In this document: positions 10,597 to 23,066 of the stretch, in pieces | How the letters are laid out: every line of letters begins with the position of its first letter | Numbering within the stretch: the first letter of the stretch is position 1 | Assembly: GCA_012026655.1 (NCBI GenBank) | Contig: JAAILG010000651.1 | Span: 1 to 64,000, forward strand | Length of the DNA stretch: 64,000 nt | Source: Hydrolagus affinis | Lineage: Eukaryota | Direction: 5' to 3' | Notes under the pieces: generated by a model | Database searches by the model: none | Told to the model about the DNA's origin: nothing | Seen by the model: only the letters and a program-made list of their open reading frames with translations | Made by a program: the position numbers and the translations under genes

Positions 10597-10718
10597 ACAA
10601 CAACAACAACAACTTCGATTTATATAGCGCCCTCCACGCCGGACGGCGTCTCAGAGCGCTTCAAAGCAGCGGATTCCGGGACCGAGCCAGGGGCAGGGGT
10701 AGAAAGGTGACCAAAGGC
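10597..10718 (-). mobile_element. 5'-truncated L2 LINE 3' UTR with (GTT)n tail
   Basis: Near-identical to the tails at 17372 and 36481. Confidence 0.85.
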
Positions 10719-11269
10719 ACTATCCCATTGATAATGGAATTTGATGGGGGGGGTTTTGTGTACCGTTTTTTAAAAAAAATTAAATATTTATTTTCTGTTG
10801 GCATGGTATGCGGTGCTGCTGAGACTCTGATTCAGTCAAAATGTTGTGACTATGTTGTTACTATGATCATTAACAGACGCCAAACTGATTTTCTCAAGAA
10901 AGAACCCAAACCAGCCTCACCCCCCAACCCCAAAAAATTCCATTATATTCTTGTAACACATCTTGCCAAGGTGTAGTGTAGGGTTGTACCTAATGCTTCA
11001 GTTCGTTTTTTTCCCCTTTTGTGATAAGACTTTCCCTTCTTTATTGTTGCACATTTACTCTTTAGTTTAAAGACTATGGTAACATGATTCTAACAAAATG
11101 AAACAAAACAAAACCTGCTGCGAACCTACTGTATTTGTGAAAAAGATCCTCTCCAAAGAACAACACACAAGACTGGAATTAAAATCCATTTGACAGTCAC
11201 TGCAGGGTTCCTAAAGCTGCAGACTTGAGATGTGAGAAATAGGGTACTTCTCCATGTCCCGAACCCCAT

Positions 11270-11410
11270 CTAATAATAAATTGGTCACTCAATCCACGGC
11301 TGTTTGTGGGCCACACTGCTGTGAGTAATTGGCTGCTGCGTTTCACCCAGAAATAATACGGTCAGTTCACTTTATGGTACATTCTGTGAAGTGCTTTGAG
11401 GCGTCTCGAA
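11270..11410 (+). mobile_element. SINE body fragment
   Basis: ttggtcactcaatccacggctgtttgtggg...gtgaagtgctttgag. Confidence 0.8.
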
Positions 11411-13700
11411 TACTTGGCATTTTCCTCTGTGTACTGTATAACCTTGCTCGTGTCATGCAGCTTGACGACTGATATTTAGTTACATTGATTACCTTGGAAT
11501 TCATCAAGACGTACTCTGTGATGACACGTCTTTGCTTTCGCAGACGTGGGATGCATTTTTGTACGAATGACCATTGGCAAAGGAATTGCAGGCATTGTTT
11601 TCCCAGATGAATGGTCGTCAAATTTCAACGGGGAATATGTGGCTGCTCTCCCACAGTTTAACAATTAACCAGCATCACATAAAAAAGGTCAGACTCACAT
11701 CCGAAAATAAGATAACCCTCTGTTAAAACCTAAAACCTCACCACAAACCACGTTCCCCGTCCACGTTTGTCAGCAAAGTAAAACACATGAATCCACCGCG
11801 AATACAATTCGACAGTAAAACCAGAGCAGCAGCTCCTTTGGAAAAATAATTTGATTTGAGTGTGGCAATTAACTAGTTTTCATTTGAATGGTTTTGAACC
11901 TAAGTATTTTGAGAAATAATTGCCCAGCAAACCCAACAGTGGTCTGAAGTTGAATGCTGCAAGCCTTTGTGATGTCTAGCTGACATTGATGAACTATTCC
12001 CTAATGGCATTAAATAGCACTTTGTGACTCACTGTGGAAAACAATTCCATGGCATTCAGCATTTACATAAAAAGGGGATTGGATTCCCCAATTAACCCAT
12101 TACATGATCATTGAATACATACACATTTGTTTGTCTTTGTTTGATTCCCAGTCTGATTTTAAGTTGGAATAAATCTTACGGATGGCTTGGCTGCCCTATA
12201 GGCATCCCGATTTCAGGGGAGAGAATGTGAGGGCAATGATTAAGGGCATTGAGCTGTGGGAGGACAAGGATTGATGGGTATCTCTCAACCCAAGTTTTCC
12301 TACATTCTTACTGCAAAGCCTCATAAGGTAACTGAGTGTATCGGTGGGGTGGTAATGATGATGACAGTTGTTCGTTCTGCAGCTTGTATTATAGATTTGG
12401 GACCATGATTGTATGTTCAGCAATTGAGTAAAACTTGTCTGTATATTTATATTAATCGGGTGCTGGGAAGATTCTCCCCCCTCCCCCCCCATCCTCACAC
12501 ATACAAACCACACACGCGCTTTGCGACAGCATAAATTACTTACAGACCAGGTGCATACAATGTCACCTATTTTGACTAAACCCCACAGCTGAATTATAGC
12601 ATAAGAAAACCCTCACCTCATGCACCATCTCCCCATAGCCTCTCCCGAGTCAGTGCAAACTAGTATCAGATACAAACCAGCTGGACAAAGGTAGATTCAT
12701 GTCCACTGTAACCTGAGTTGAACCCCAAACACATTGCGGCACTTCTGGCAGTGAACAACCAACCCAACCCCTCCAGCTGATTCATGTCTAAATAGATAGT
12801 TTTACTGCAAGGTGTGAAACCAGTAAAGGTGTGAAAAAGGACATGGATCTGTAACGTGGAATGTTTAGCTTGTTAATAACTGAGAATTGCACCCAGCCAC
12901 CGAGGTCAGAGGCTTGGAATTTCCCATGAAGATGATTAATCGCTGATTTAAACACGAACCTTGGTGACCTTGAAGGAGGCCACCCTACCCTCTCCCTGTT
13001 GAGAGAGTTTTCAGGTGGGCTCGGTACTTGAAAGCCACCGGATGAACTGCTGGAGCAGGTGAGATTGCAGAGCAAACAATGTCCACAGGACCGTAGACCT
13101 CCGCAACGGGGAAATTCCTGTGAATTTTAACTTGGAGGAACGATTCAGTTCCTGAGCACAGGCACGATCAGGAGCCCAGTGACAGCACATCGCAAGCCCC
13201 AGTACAAATGCCGCCATTCTCGTCTCACCCCAGTGACAACATCAGTTTGAGAGAATAACAGACGGGATTGTCGCCGCCGAGATAATAATAGTAACCTGTT
13301 TTGAATTATTCGCCAAAGGCTGCTGCGATGTCAGAGCAGAAACTTGCTTTGAAGTCGATTGTTATTTACAGCTTTCTTTAACATGTCGTATCGTCTGTTT
13401 ATTTCCGTTTGGGATCCTTTTCATGTCCGTGCGGCGACAAGTTATTCCTTGGATCAAACTTTGCCGCAGGAAGCGAATCAGCAAGGGAAACTACAAACAG
13501 AGCTCAGCAAAAAGGCACCCAGACACCCATCAACCCTTTTAACTGGGCAGAATAAGAACCTAGCTCACTTCTGGCCTTGGAATTCAGTTTTGTTAGGACA
13601 AGTTTGCATTGATAACAGATGCTGTCACGTCAGTATAGCATCAAGCTGCTCAGTCATTTCACTTTCCTCAAAAGATTTTCTCTTTTTCCCTTTGCGTTTT

Positions 13701-14040
13701 GGAGTCTCGTAGGGTACTGGTTAGAGCACTTGCCTCTCAATTGAGAGGATCCAGGGTTCAATTCCTGGGCAAGGCCAAACCTGGTGCAAGATCCTTACTC
13801 CACACACCTCTGTTTACCGAGCAGTAAGTAGGAATCCGGTTGTTAGTCGATAGGCACATCACCTTTTACGGGGGGCAATAATCCCTTCAAAATAAATTGA
13901 AATAATAATTGGGTCACTCAATCCACGAGTGTTTGTAGGATACTGCTGTGTGCAATTGGCTGCTATGTTTCATCCACAAAATGTACAGTCAATTCACATT
14001 ACAGTTATACAGTGCTGTATCAAACGCAAGGATTATTATA
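13701..14040 (+). mobile_element. Long-form SINE with extra central segment
   Basis: tRNA head (ggttagagc, ggttcaattcc), extra segment of about 66 bp (ctgtttaccgagcagtaagtagg...gttagtcga), then the standard body and a partly deleted tail. Confidence 0.8.
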
Positions 14041-15074
14041 TCCAATAATGGGTTGCTGGGAATGGGGTTCAAAGCAACACTATGTGAAAACAAAAGCCTT
14101 CTTCAGGGTCAGAAGGTGATTGTGCTTCATGGATTGAAACCCGGAATGTCCGTTGCTTCGAAACACATTTTGACGTATTTATTATTTTTTGTAATGTAAC
14201 GTAGGAACGTTTTTTTTTAAAAAAAAGCTTCCTGGCAGGAATTTGGATGCAACAGAGATAACCAGCTGAGCAGTCAAAGAGAACAAAATTAAACCACATA
14301 CATCACTCATGCTGAAGTGACATGTAGTAGTACTGTGGATTAGCACACAGTCACAGCCTTCCCTGTGCCTGCTTTTTGGGTCCTGGGAGAAATGAATTTA
14401 TTTCTTAACCCAGTCTTAACCCAGTTGCTGGCTCGCGCACAGCTTTTCAAACTGCCCGTAGTCGATGATATTGGAAGAGGCTGCTGTGGCAAGCAGACAC
14501 GTACACACTTGTGCACTAGACATGTCTCAGTGAGTGAGATAAAAATATGAAAGAGTGCATTTTATTACTGGATCTCTATCGAGGGCAAGTCGGTTATCTT
14601 TCCAACCTCCATTACAATGCCCGAGCTTGCACCTGAACTTCCATGCATGCACAAAAGCATTAAAGGACGATAGATGTGTATGAGAGATAAATGGAGTAGT
14701 TCCATTGAACCATCGTTCCCAGGATTCATACCAGGTTCCTCTTTATAGTGTGTTCCTACCCATTAATATAACCCCGGGTGTACTACAATGATACATTGGG
14801 CCATCAACGATTTAGTGGCTATGTATCATTTATGCTTTTTTTTTGACAGTTTCTGTGCTGATGACATCCTACAACCGTTTGCTGCCACATAAATCACGGC
14901 AGACCAGGCAGAAAGTGCCAAATTTGCTGCAATGCCTCACAGTGTAATGTGTGAAGTAACCAGCATTGCACTCAACAAAGGTTCTGTCTCGTTCATGGAA
15001 CCTCCACATCCTTGAATTCTACCTCCCAATCACCACACAAATGTTGATTTGAAGCAAATGTATTTACTATTACT

Positions 15075-15182
15075 GATAATAATCCTTGCATTTGATATAG
15101 CGCTCGATAGCATCTTTGACGTCTCAAAGCGCTTCACAGAATATACTGTAAATATACTGAATTGACTGTATATTTTGTGGGC
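15075..15182 (-). mobile_element. SINE 3' fragment
   Basis: aataatccttgcatttgatatagcgct...gtctcaaagcgcttcacagaatatactgt. Confidence 0.85.
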
Positions 15183-17371
15183 TGCTCAGGACAGACTAGA
15201 TCATCCAAGTCTCATCTAAAGTTTTCCTTCCGTCTGACCCTCTCTCTCTCTCTCTCTCTGTGGTCTCCCAGCCAATTTTTTTTTTTAAAAACCCGTTGAA
15301 TTCCTGAAAGCATTTCTTAGAATTCCTGCCTGGAAAAGTTACTGTTTTGAAAAGCAGCCGTAAACTTTTACTGTAGGAAATTGAAACCAATATGTTTATA
15401 GTGAACAGTGAGTGAGCACTGTTGCCTTTCAGTTACTGGGTATAAATGGATATCTTATGCAGTCACCTTTTCTTCACTTTTACTACTTTGCTGGTCCTAA
15501 TGTTTCACTCGGAGAGAAAACCCAGGACTTTCCTTCACCAGAAAAGGTTTTACTCTTGAGAAATTTGACCCTTTTGTGTTCATTTCTCCTAAATAGTCGA
15601 GAAACGAGCCATCATTTTTGATAGATATCTTCAAAAATCAAACACTTTCCACTCAGGCAGCTATCAAAAAAATAAATTCACGTTGGCAACCGTCAGAACA
15701 GTTTAACTGGCCTTAAATATAATTGAACCTCATTCACCAAAACATTGCGTCGTTGCCAACTTTCAATGTAATTTTGCACAGCTCGAGGCGTAGATTGTGA
15801 AGAGCACGGCTTTATTAGATGGAAGTACAAGATTATGTCACATTTAAGTCGTAAATAATGTGAGGTACTGGGGTAAAGCCACATATGGCACCAGGCAAGA
15901 AACCTTTCATTCAGTTGTGGATCCTGATGCAATCCCTGTTGTTACCACAGCAACCAAGGCCAGACAGGAAATCAGGGTAGCATGGGATCAAGTCCAAAGT
16001 ATACACAGACAGCTAATTCAGAACCTGTACATGAAACGGTCAAGTTAATAAGCCACACGCCAATGGCTGAACAACTCAAAAGAACTGAGTTAAAGAAAGG
16101 CTTTTTAAAAATATATATAATTTAAATAAATAAAAAGGGGCAGAAAGAAAAAGTTTGTTCCTCACTCAGCACTGATCGACGCTCACACAAAACCTTAAAG
16201 CCTGCTGAGCCACACAAGCCTCAGATCCCCCGGCGCTCACACTGAATGGTCATTAAATGACTGCAGTCGCTTATTTCATTAGAAGAAAAACAGGGAGAGT
16301 TTTAGAGTTGGCAAACGCACAAGTGTAAAATCATTAGTTTGACAAAACGCCCGGGAATAGTCTGCCAATTTATTTCATCCTTATCCGGTATTTGTAAGTA
16401 GACAAGTTCTTTTGAGGGTGGGGGGGGGGGGGTTTGGGGGAAAAAAAGGAACACAAAGATATAATCTTTCAGAAGTTACGCCTTTCAATGCTCCTTTTGT
16501 CTCCCAGGACTAGACAAGCTTGGCTGTGGGCAAATATCTTTAGTTCTTGAAAGGACCACATACCATATCATTCCAGTGGGTGTTCTTATAATGCTTTTTT
16601 TTTACAAAAAGCTAAATCAACTACAAGTATTTGTACTCCAGCTGATTTTAATCGATGCGACAAGAAACAAAGTTAGAGAAGCAAGTAACAAACCAAAAAA
16701 GGGAGCTGGAACTGAAATCATTGCAGGAATTAATGTAGACTGGAATATCACTTGTCCATCATAATGGCTAGACTCCTAACCCCCCCCCCCACTCCCACCC
16801 CCATGTAATTAATGGGAGTTGATGGATGATCACGATTGGCCTATGTCTGCTGATAGTTGTATTCAGAAAAAATGCTACTCACAGACCCATTTAAAGAGAG
16901 TATAAATAGTACCGTTTACCAGTGCGACGGATATACTTCCCACATCAGTTGTATTATTTGAAAGTTGTCAAACAGACAGGTCTTGAGCTGTTGCCTTCTT
17001 TTGCCTCATGGTCTCACAAATAAATATCTTCTGTCTTTTTAGCAAAGCAGTTTGATTGGATCCGTGTGGCGGTTTTGCCAAAAAGAAGTGTGAGATGCTC
17101 TGCTCAGTCTAATGTGGCCAAATTCTAGCATTAAAATGTTGCACTTATTCATGCACTGAAATTGATCAGCAACAGTCTGCGCAGGCACTCTGTGGAATAG
17201 CACGGTTAACGAGGCGCGAAATAACTTCGTTTCAAGCTTTACCCTGCAACCATCAGTGTGGGTCTGGTGAAAATATTTTTCTACTGTCGTTTTTAAACGA
17301 TTTAAAAATGAGAGCTGAATGACTCGAATGCAATGAATTATGTTTAGAATCAGATAATTAAGCCAGGTAAC

Positions 17372-17872
17372 AGCAACAACAACTTCGATTTATATAGTGC
17401 CCTCCACGCCGGACGGCGTCTCAGAGCGCTTCACAGTAGCGGATCCCGGGACCGAGCCAGGGGCAGGGGCAGGAAGGTGATCAAAAGCTCGGTCGAAGAG
17501 AAAGGTCTTCAACTGTGACCTGAAACTGGGAAGAGAGGGGGCGAGGCGAAGCGAGTGAGGAAGGGAGTTCCAGAGCCTCAGGGCGTAGTGGCTGAAGGCA
17601 CGGCCGCCGAGGGTGGAGCGGACGACTCGGGGGACATGGAGGAGGCCAGACCCAGAGGAGCGAAGGCAGCGGGTGCTGGGTTGGGGGGAGAGGAGATCAG
17701 AGAGATAGGGGGCTGCAGAGGAGTGGAGGGATTTGAAAACAAGGGTGAGGATCTTGAAGTCGATCCTCTCTGGGATAGGGAGCCAGTGAAGTCTGGCACG
17801 GACTGGGGTAATGAGGGAGCGAAGCTTAGAGCGGGTGAGTATGCGGGTGGTAGAGTTTTGGAGTTTTGGTAA
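17372..17872 (-). mobile_element. 5'-truncated L2 LINE (ORF2 C-terminus, 3' UTR, (GTT)n tail)
   Basis: Minus strand translates LQNSTTRILTRSKLRSLITPVRARLHWLPIPERIDFKILTLVFKSLHSSAAPYLSDLL and AFSHYALRLWNSLPHSLRLAPSLPSFRSQLKTFLFDRAF, the typical L2-clade ORF2 end. Confidence 0.92.
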
Positions 17873-17887
17873 GCATCAACCGTGTGT

Positions 17888-17958
17888 CTGTGTGCTCCAA
17901 GACACTGTCTGGCGTGAAGGGAGCTGCATATAAATGCAAGTTGTTGTTGTTGCTGTTG
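17888..17958 (+). mobile_element. Diverged L2 tail in opposite orientation
   Basis: ctccaagacactgtctggcgtgaagg..atataaatgcaag(ttg)n. Confidence 0.65.
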
Positions 17959-18634
17959 TGGTCGAGCTCTCTCTGGACAGCATTAAGAAGCTGAATTAAC
18001 ACAGTAGACCTGATTATGATAATTCAACCCCTCATGCTGTCAGGCTCAATCGTGCATTCTCAGCCAGGGTCCCCAAGTCACTATCAACACTCCAGTATTC
18101 TCCAAGCAAAGATAGTCAAAAATTGATGGAAATAGAAATGAAAAGAGTTTAAGGTTAATCCTAACTTTTTGTAGTAGTTTGCTAAAAAAAAAAAGGGAAA
18201 CCTCTCAATTGGATTTGCTCTCTGAAATTAATGTAAAATTTGAGCCACTGCACTAAGCAGAAAAGCTACTGTTTGTTGTTTTGGCTCCTTACTTTCCTAC
18301 TTTGATAAGCCATTATATCAAATGCAACAAATATTATTATTAGTAGTAGTAATCCAGCATAGTTGGCTTTACGTGTTACCTTATAATCTGCATAATCACC
18401 CAAATAAAACATTACTCCATTCAGAACAGAGTTCTGTTGATAAACTTGAAGAGTGGTGAATAAAAGTAAAATAAGTAAAATATAAAAATGATCTTTAAAG
18501 CTATGTGCACTTCACTGAATACTAAAACCACACTTTGAGCAGGTTTGGTGCATATTTTTGGATGTGTATTTTTGCCTCTACATTGCTTTGAGTTCTGTCA
18601 AAAAGCCATCTGAAAAATACAGAATTGAAAGCCA

Positions 18635-18858
18635 CCCACAAATAGCTGTGAAGTGAACAACCAACGTTGTATTATCTGGGGGATTGTTGACCAGAAACGG
18701 CAGGAAAATCTCCCATCTAAGTACAGTAGTCCCATGGGACTTTAACATCCACATGAACAGGCAGATGGGAATCTTGGTTTAATGTCACATCTGAACGATG
18801 GTGTGTCTGACAGTGCAGTGTAGCACTCTCCAGCACTGTATTGAAGTGTCAGCCCAGA
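18635..18858 (-). mobile_element. Ancient DeuSINE (SacSINE1/AmnSINE1-type Deu domain) fragment
   Basis: Reverse complement reads gggctgacacttcaatacagtgctggagagtgct..gcactgtcaga..ccatcgttcagatgtgacattaaacc..catctgcctgttcatgtggatgttaaagtcccatgg, matching the recalled Deu-domain consensus. Confidence 0.75.
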
Positions 18859-21051
18859 CTGTTCGTTCATTAATAATAATAGTAGTTCAAAGTGCCACAT
18901 GGGTCTTAATATCTGGAAAGATCAAATCACAAACATATGCAATTAACCATGCCAAAAATTTCATAATTGCTTTCATTTCCCTCTCTACACGTGTTTACAT
19001 AAACACACATCATGTAATAATGGCCAATAACTTTGTACTCGGTATTCTGAAATGTCTATTTTGTGACAAATGCTTCCAAAGAAGCGGTTGCAATATTCAT
19101 CAGATCAGAGGCAAGAATTTCCTTTCTTCTGCCCAGATCCCACTACATTTCCCTTCCCGTTTACTATGGACGTGTATGGTTTCCATTGTGTTTGTTCAGT
19201 TTTATTCAGAAACTGGAGCTTAATGTAAGACAGGTTTCTCTATGCCTAGCAAGACTTTGAGAAACGTAATGGGATTACCCCAGTTATCCGCCCTCCCCCA
19301 GGTTTTAGATGCCTGCTTGTCAGCACGAAAGAGGCAGAATTTAAGAGGGGAGAAAAAAGGTTCAGAAATAATGAACTGACCTTCAGGACAAAACCAGATT
19401 TAAATAGCAAAAGACATTCGGCAATGCGATGATGACAGCTTAATGAAGGTTGCTTGGTGCAGTGTGAATATCATGAATGTTTACACTCATTTTCTGTAGG
19501 TATCAGGGAGAATTGTTAAGCCCTGAAAGAGACAGGCACTCCAGATTTGATTGGCTGTAAATATAACCTCAGAGCGAAGGGTGTCCCACGGTTATGTCCG
19601 GCAAAAAAAAGGAAAATTAAATGATTACAATAAAAAATCTAATGAATATGTAGATGACCCACAGATTTTCCACGGCCTTTTGAATGGAAATCCAGAGATT
19701 TTAGCAAGTGAGTGAAAGTGCAGAGCTAATTAGCACGGGCATGTTTTTGGTCATTCGCAAACGCCAAGTTCGCTGAAAGCTGAGGCTCACTCTGTGGTAT
19801 TAAAGTTAAACAAAACCAGAACCCTGTCAGCAGTAAGAATAATTGCCACATACAGAGCAGAATAATTAAAACTGCGGGTACAGTACTTTTACTAATGCCT
19901 TTACTTAAATATACAAGATGTGGCGTTTTACCTGTGTCAAATATGAAAGCACTACCCTAGATTTTAAATCATATTTTAATTGGTTTTAAAGGAAAGATAA
20001 AGTATACTTTTAAGCTCAGTTTGGCAGTTTATACCTTTGTATATTCATTGGCTGTTTTAAAATTATGAACAGTTTCAATTTGCAGGATTAAAAAGGATTC
20101 AGTTTTCTCCCATGTACTGTGCATACACGTGAATCTTGTTGGGTTCGTAAAAAGGTGTGCAAATTGCTTAATTGAATTAATTTCACACGGTTTAAAAGTC
20201 ACATGTGTTTTGAAACAAAAAGCCAAGCACCCAAACATAATCTTAACAAAAAGGCAGCAGAATGTGCCCGAGTGCAAATATAAAAAATACTGCAGCTGAA
20301 AACTGAATTTGTACAATTCAAATATAATAATTGCTCATTGACAAAAGTTTCAACCAAGATTTTGGAAAGCAAGCATAATAACAGCTCTGCTTCTCATAAC
20401 ATTTCCCAAGAACATTTCTCCACCAGGAACACAAACAGTGTGCCTTTTGTTTAACTAGCACAAGAGTTGTTTTATATAAACTACCCAAATCAGATATGCT
20501 CAAGTGATGGAGCTTTCAACCTGGAGGTTATTTTATTTTAAGAAGTCTTCCAAAACAAAACTAACTTTAAGCAGACCAACAGTGACGCTAATTAATATTA
20601 GCAGTAATAGTATTGTAACTCAGTCCCTCGTTGTTTTTGTTGTTTAGTAATAGGATATGAGAGATGACAGTGCATCCACAGCCATAAAGGTTTGCGAAAC
20701 ACTTTCAACAGATATTAAATTGTTGAGGTTGCATTGTTAGTCAGTCATGAATGACAGACAAGGCAATTACTTCCCACTGTTGGCAGTTCTGGGGCACATA
20801 GTCTTTCTTCACAGAGGTCTTACATGACACCCTGTTCTGGCATTTACAGGCCACTTTGGTGAAGTAATAAATGTTTGGCAAAAATTAATGTAATTAGTTC
20901 ATTTGCCAGATGTATATCAAGTGAAACACTGGCTTTTGTATGTAGTTTCTAATTTGTACTGAGAAAAGGCATTAATTACTTTCCAACAGAGGTTGGAAGT
21001 CATGACGTGACTGAAGTTTTAACCAGTTGTAGACTAAACCTTAGAATGAAC

Positions 21052-21160
21052 AATAATAATAATAATCCTTGCATTTGATACAGCGACTCTCAGGTCAGGT
21101 AGATGTCTCAAAGCACCTCACAGTCATGTACTGTAAAGTGTACAGACTATGTATTTCTGT
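21052..21160 (-). mobile_element. SINE 3' fragment
   Basis: (aat)n ccttgcatttgatacagcg...atgtctcaaagcacctcacag...ctgtaaagtg. Confidence 0.8.
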
Positions 21161-22892
21161 AGGCGATGCCAGTTTGGAGAGAGGAAACTATCATTGATTT
21201 CATGGATTGTGGACACCCACCCCTCAGCCAGCCACAGGCACAGCTGTAGTTTCTGTTAGTCAAACGTGCAATTGTAAAAATTACTACTTGATGCAGAGCT
21301 TTTCTTTTGGGAACAGATTAGGGGGAGGAGAGAGAGAGAGAGAGTAGGTAAAATACAACAGCCAATGGAGCGTTTTTATTATGTAATTGGTTATCACAAT
21401 AATTTGACATTATCGGCACATTCTCCTGTTGTTCTCAAGCTTTTTTTCTCGTTACGGCTCATTGCATGCCAATTTTGGGGGATGGTTAGCCCTTTGTTTG
21501 ATGTTTCTGAAGGAAAAAAACCGAGGGCCTAATTTTGCAATCTGCAAATAATTACCACATTGCAATGGTAATAATTAGTATCTGACAGGATTATAAAGCG
21601 TTGCTTGGCCTTGCCTCGAAACCAGACAACGTCATCTCGCTGAGATACCTAGCAAGTCTCTGGCTCGGTGCAACCTTTCCCCTCACTCACACCAGGAACT
21701 AGGTGGTTCCCTGGGCTATCCATCTCAGCCCTACCATGTCTAGCGCGCCATGCAAAGTACTTGCAGTTCTACACGTTTTTTTTTCAGGCTTGAAAGCTTC
21801 ACCTCTCGTAAAAATTCAATGCGCCCTTTTGTGCATTCCAATGGTAATATCATTGATGCAGTTGGATGCGTCAAATAAAAGGCACAGAATATCGACGTGA
21901 ACACAACTTTTAACAAGCTTCTCGTTTCAATGTGCATTACGTGTGCATAATCGCGGGAGTGGGCAGGTCCGCAAACACTTCCTGAACGTAAAGTGGATGA
22001 GCGCTTCCTTCGCAATAATGGAACCACTTTCATCGTTGTTAGTGTAAAAAGGGGCAAGCAAAAGTCACGCTTATGAAAGGATGTCAAGTATGAATGGTCC
22101 CCAAGAGATCCATTACGAGTATCCATTACGAGAAGCTACGAGAATCCAGAGTGTGTTGTGAAGTCAAGGATTCTATTTAAGACCAACTAATAAGTATTCT
22201 CAAATCATTTACTGTATTTGATTGATAGTATCAAGTTTTTTTTGCAGAGTGAACCTAGATTAAGCACCTTGGGACATCCTCAAGGGTCTATGTGAATGTA
22301 AGGGTACAGTACCTTAGATTAGCTAAAGTAGGTTGTTTATATAGGGCTTTGCTTAAAAAATGGTTTTCTTTTCAAATTTAAACTAACTGTGCGCTTTATC
22401 CAGAAGTAATTTACTGCTGTTTAATACATTTGTCAAACGTGCAGAGCAAATGAGTCACACACACACACACAATAATGGTATTCACTTCATGGCTGTTTGT
22501 GGGCTATTAATGTACCCAAATTGGCTGCCATGGTTGCCAAAAAAACAGTCAATCACTTTGTAGTATATCTTGTGAAGAGTTTTGCAAGTTCCTTCTGAAG
22601 TGAAGAACACAACAACAACAACAACAAAAGTACATTTACAGAGCACCTTTCACATCGGGAGAACGTACACTGTACAATATGCAAGGATTGTTATTTTATT
22701 GGTATTGTATTCTGATTTACACTTGCACATTGCTGAGCATGGAAGGAGCAAGAACTCTTAGCACAAATAAGGTTTCATCTCAGGCTAAGAATAAACAATT
22801 ATTTTGAATGATATCAAATGGAAACAAAATCCCACTGTGAATAATGGATTAACATTTGAGAAAAGCTTTTTTTTAAAAAAAAATGCAACTTC

Positions 22893-23066
22893 CAGTTACC
22901 TCTAGGGCCGTAGTTTGAAACCAGCTGAGACAGATAGGTTCAAGGGTTTCTCTCATTGACAGTTCTTAAGGATCCTGTGGGAAATCAACCTGGACTGCCT
23001 CAGTCTATTTCCCCGTGGACAGGATCTCACAGCTCAGTATTCTGCTCACATTTGGCACTAATTGGC
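22893..23066 (+). mobile_element. LF-SINE-like ancient SINE fragment
   Basis: Colinear blocks acctctagg, ctcagtctatttccccgtggacagg and cacatttggcactaattggc resemble the recalled LF-SINE consensus. Confidence 0.6.

Noticed and set aside
17555-17872. 105-aa Gly/Glu/Ala-rich ORF on the + strand
   Set aside because: Antisense reading of the L2 ORF2 fragment.
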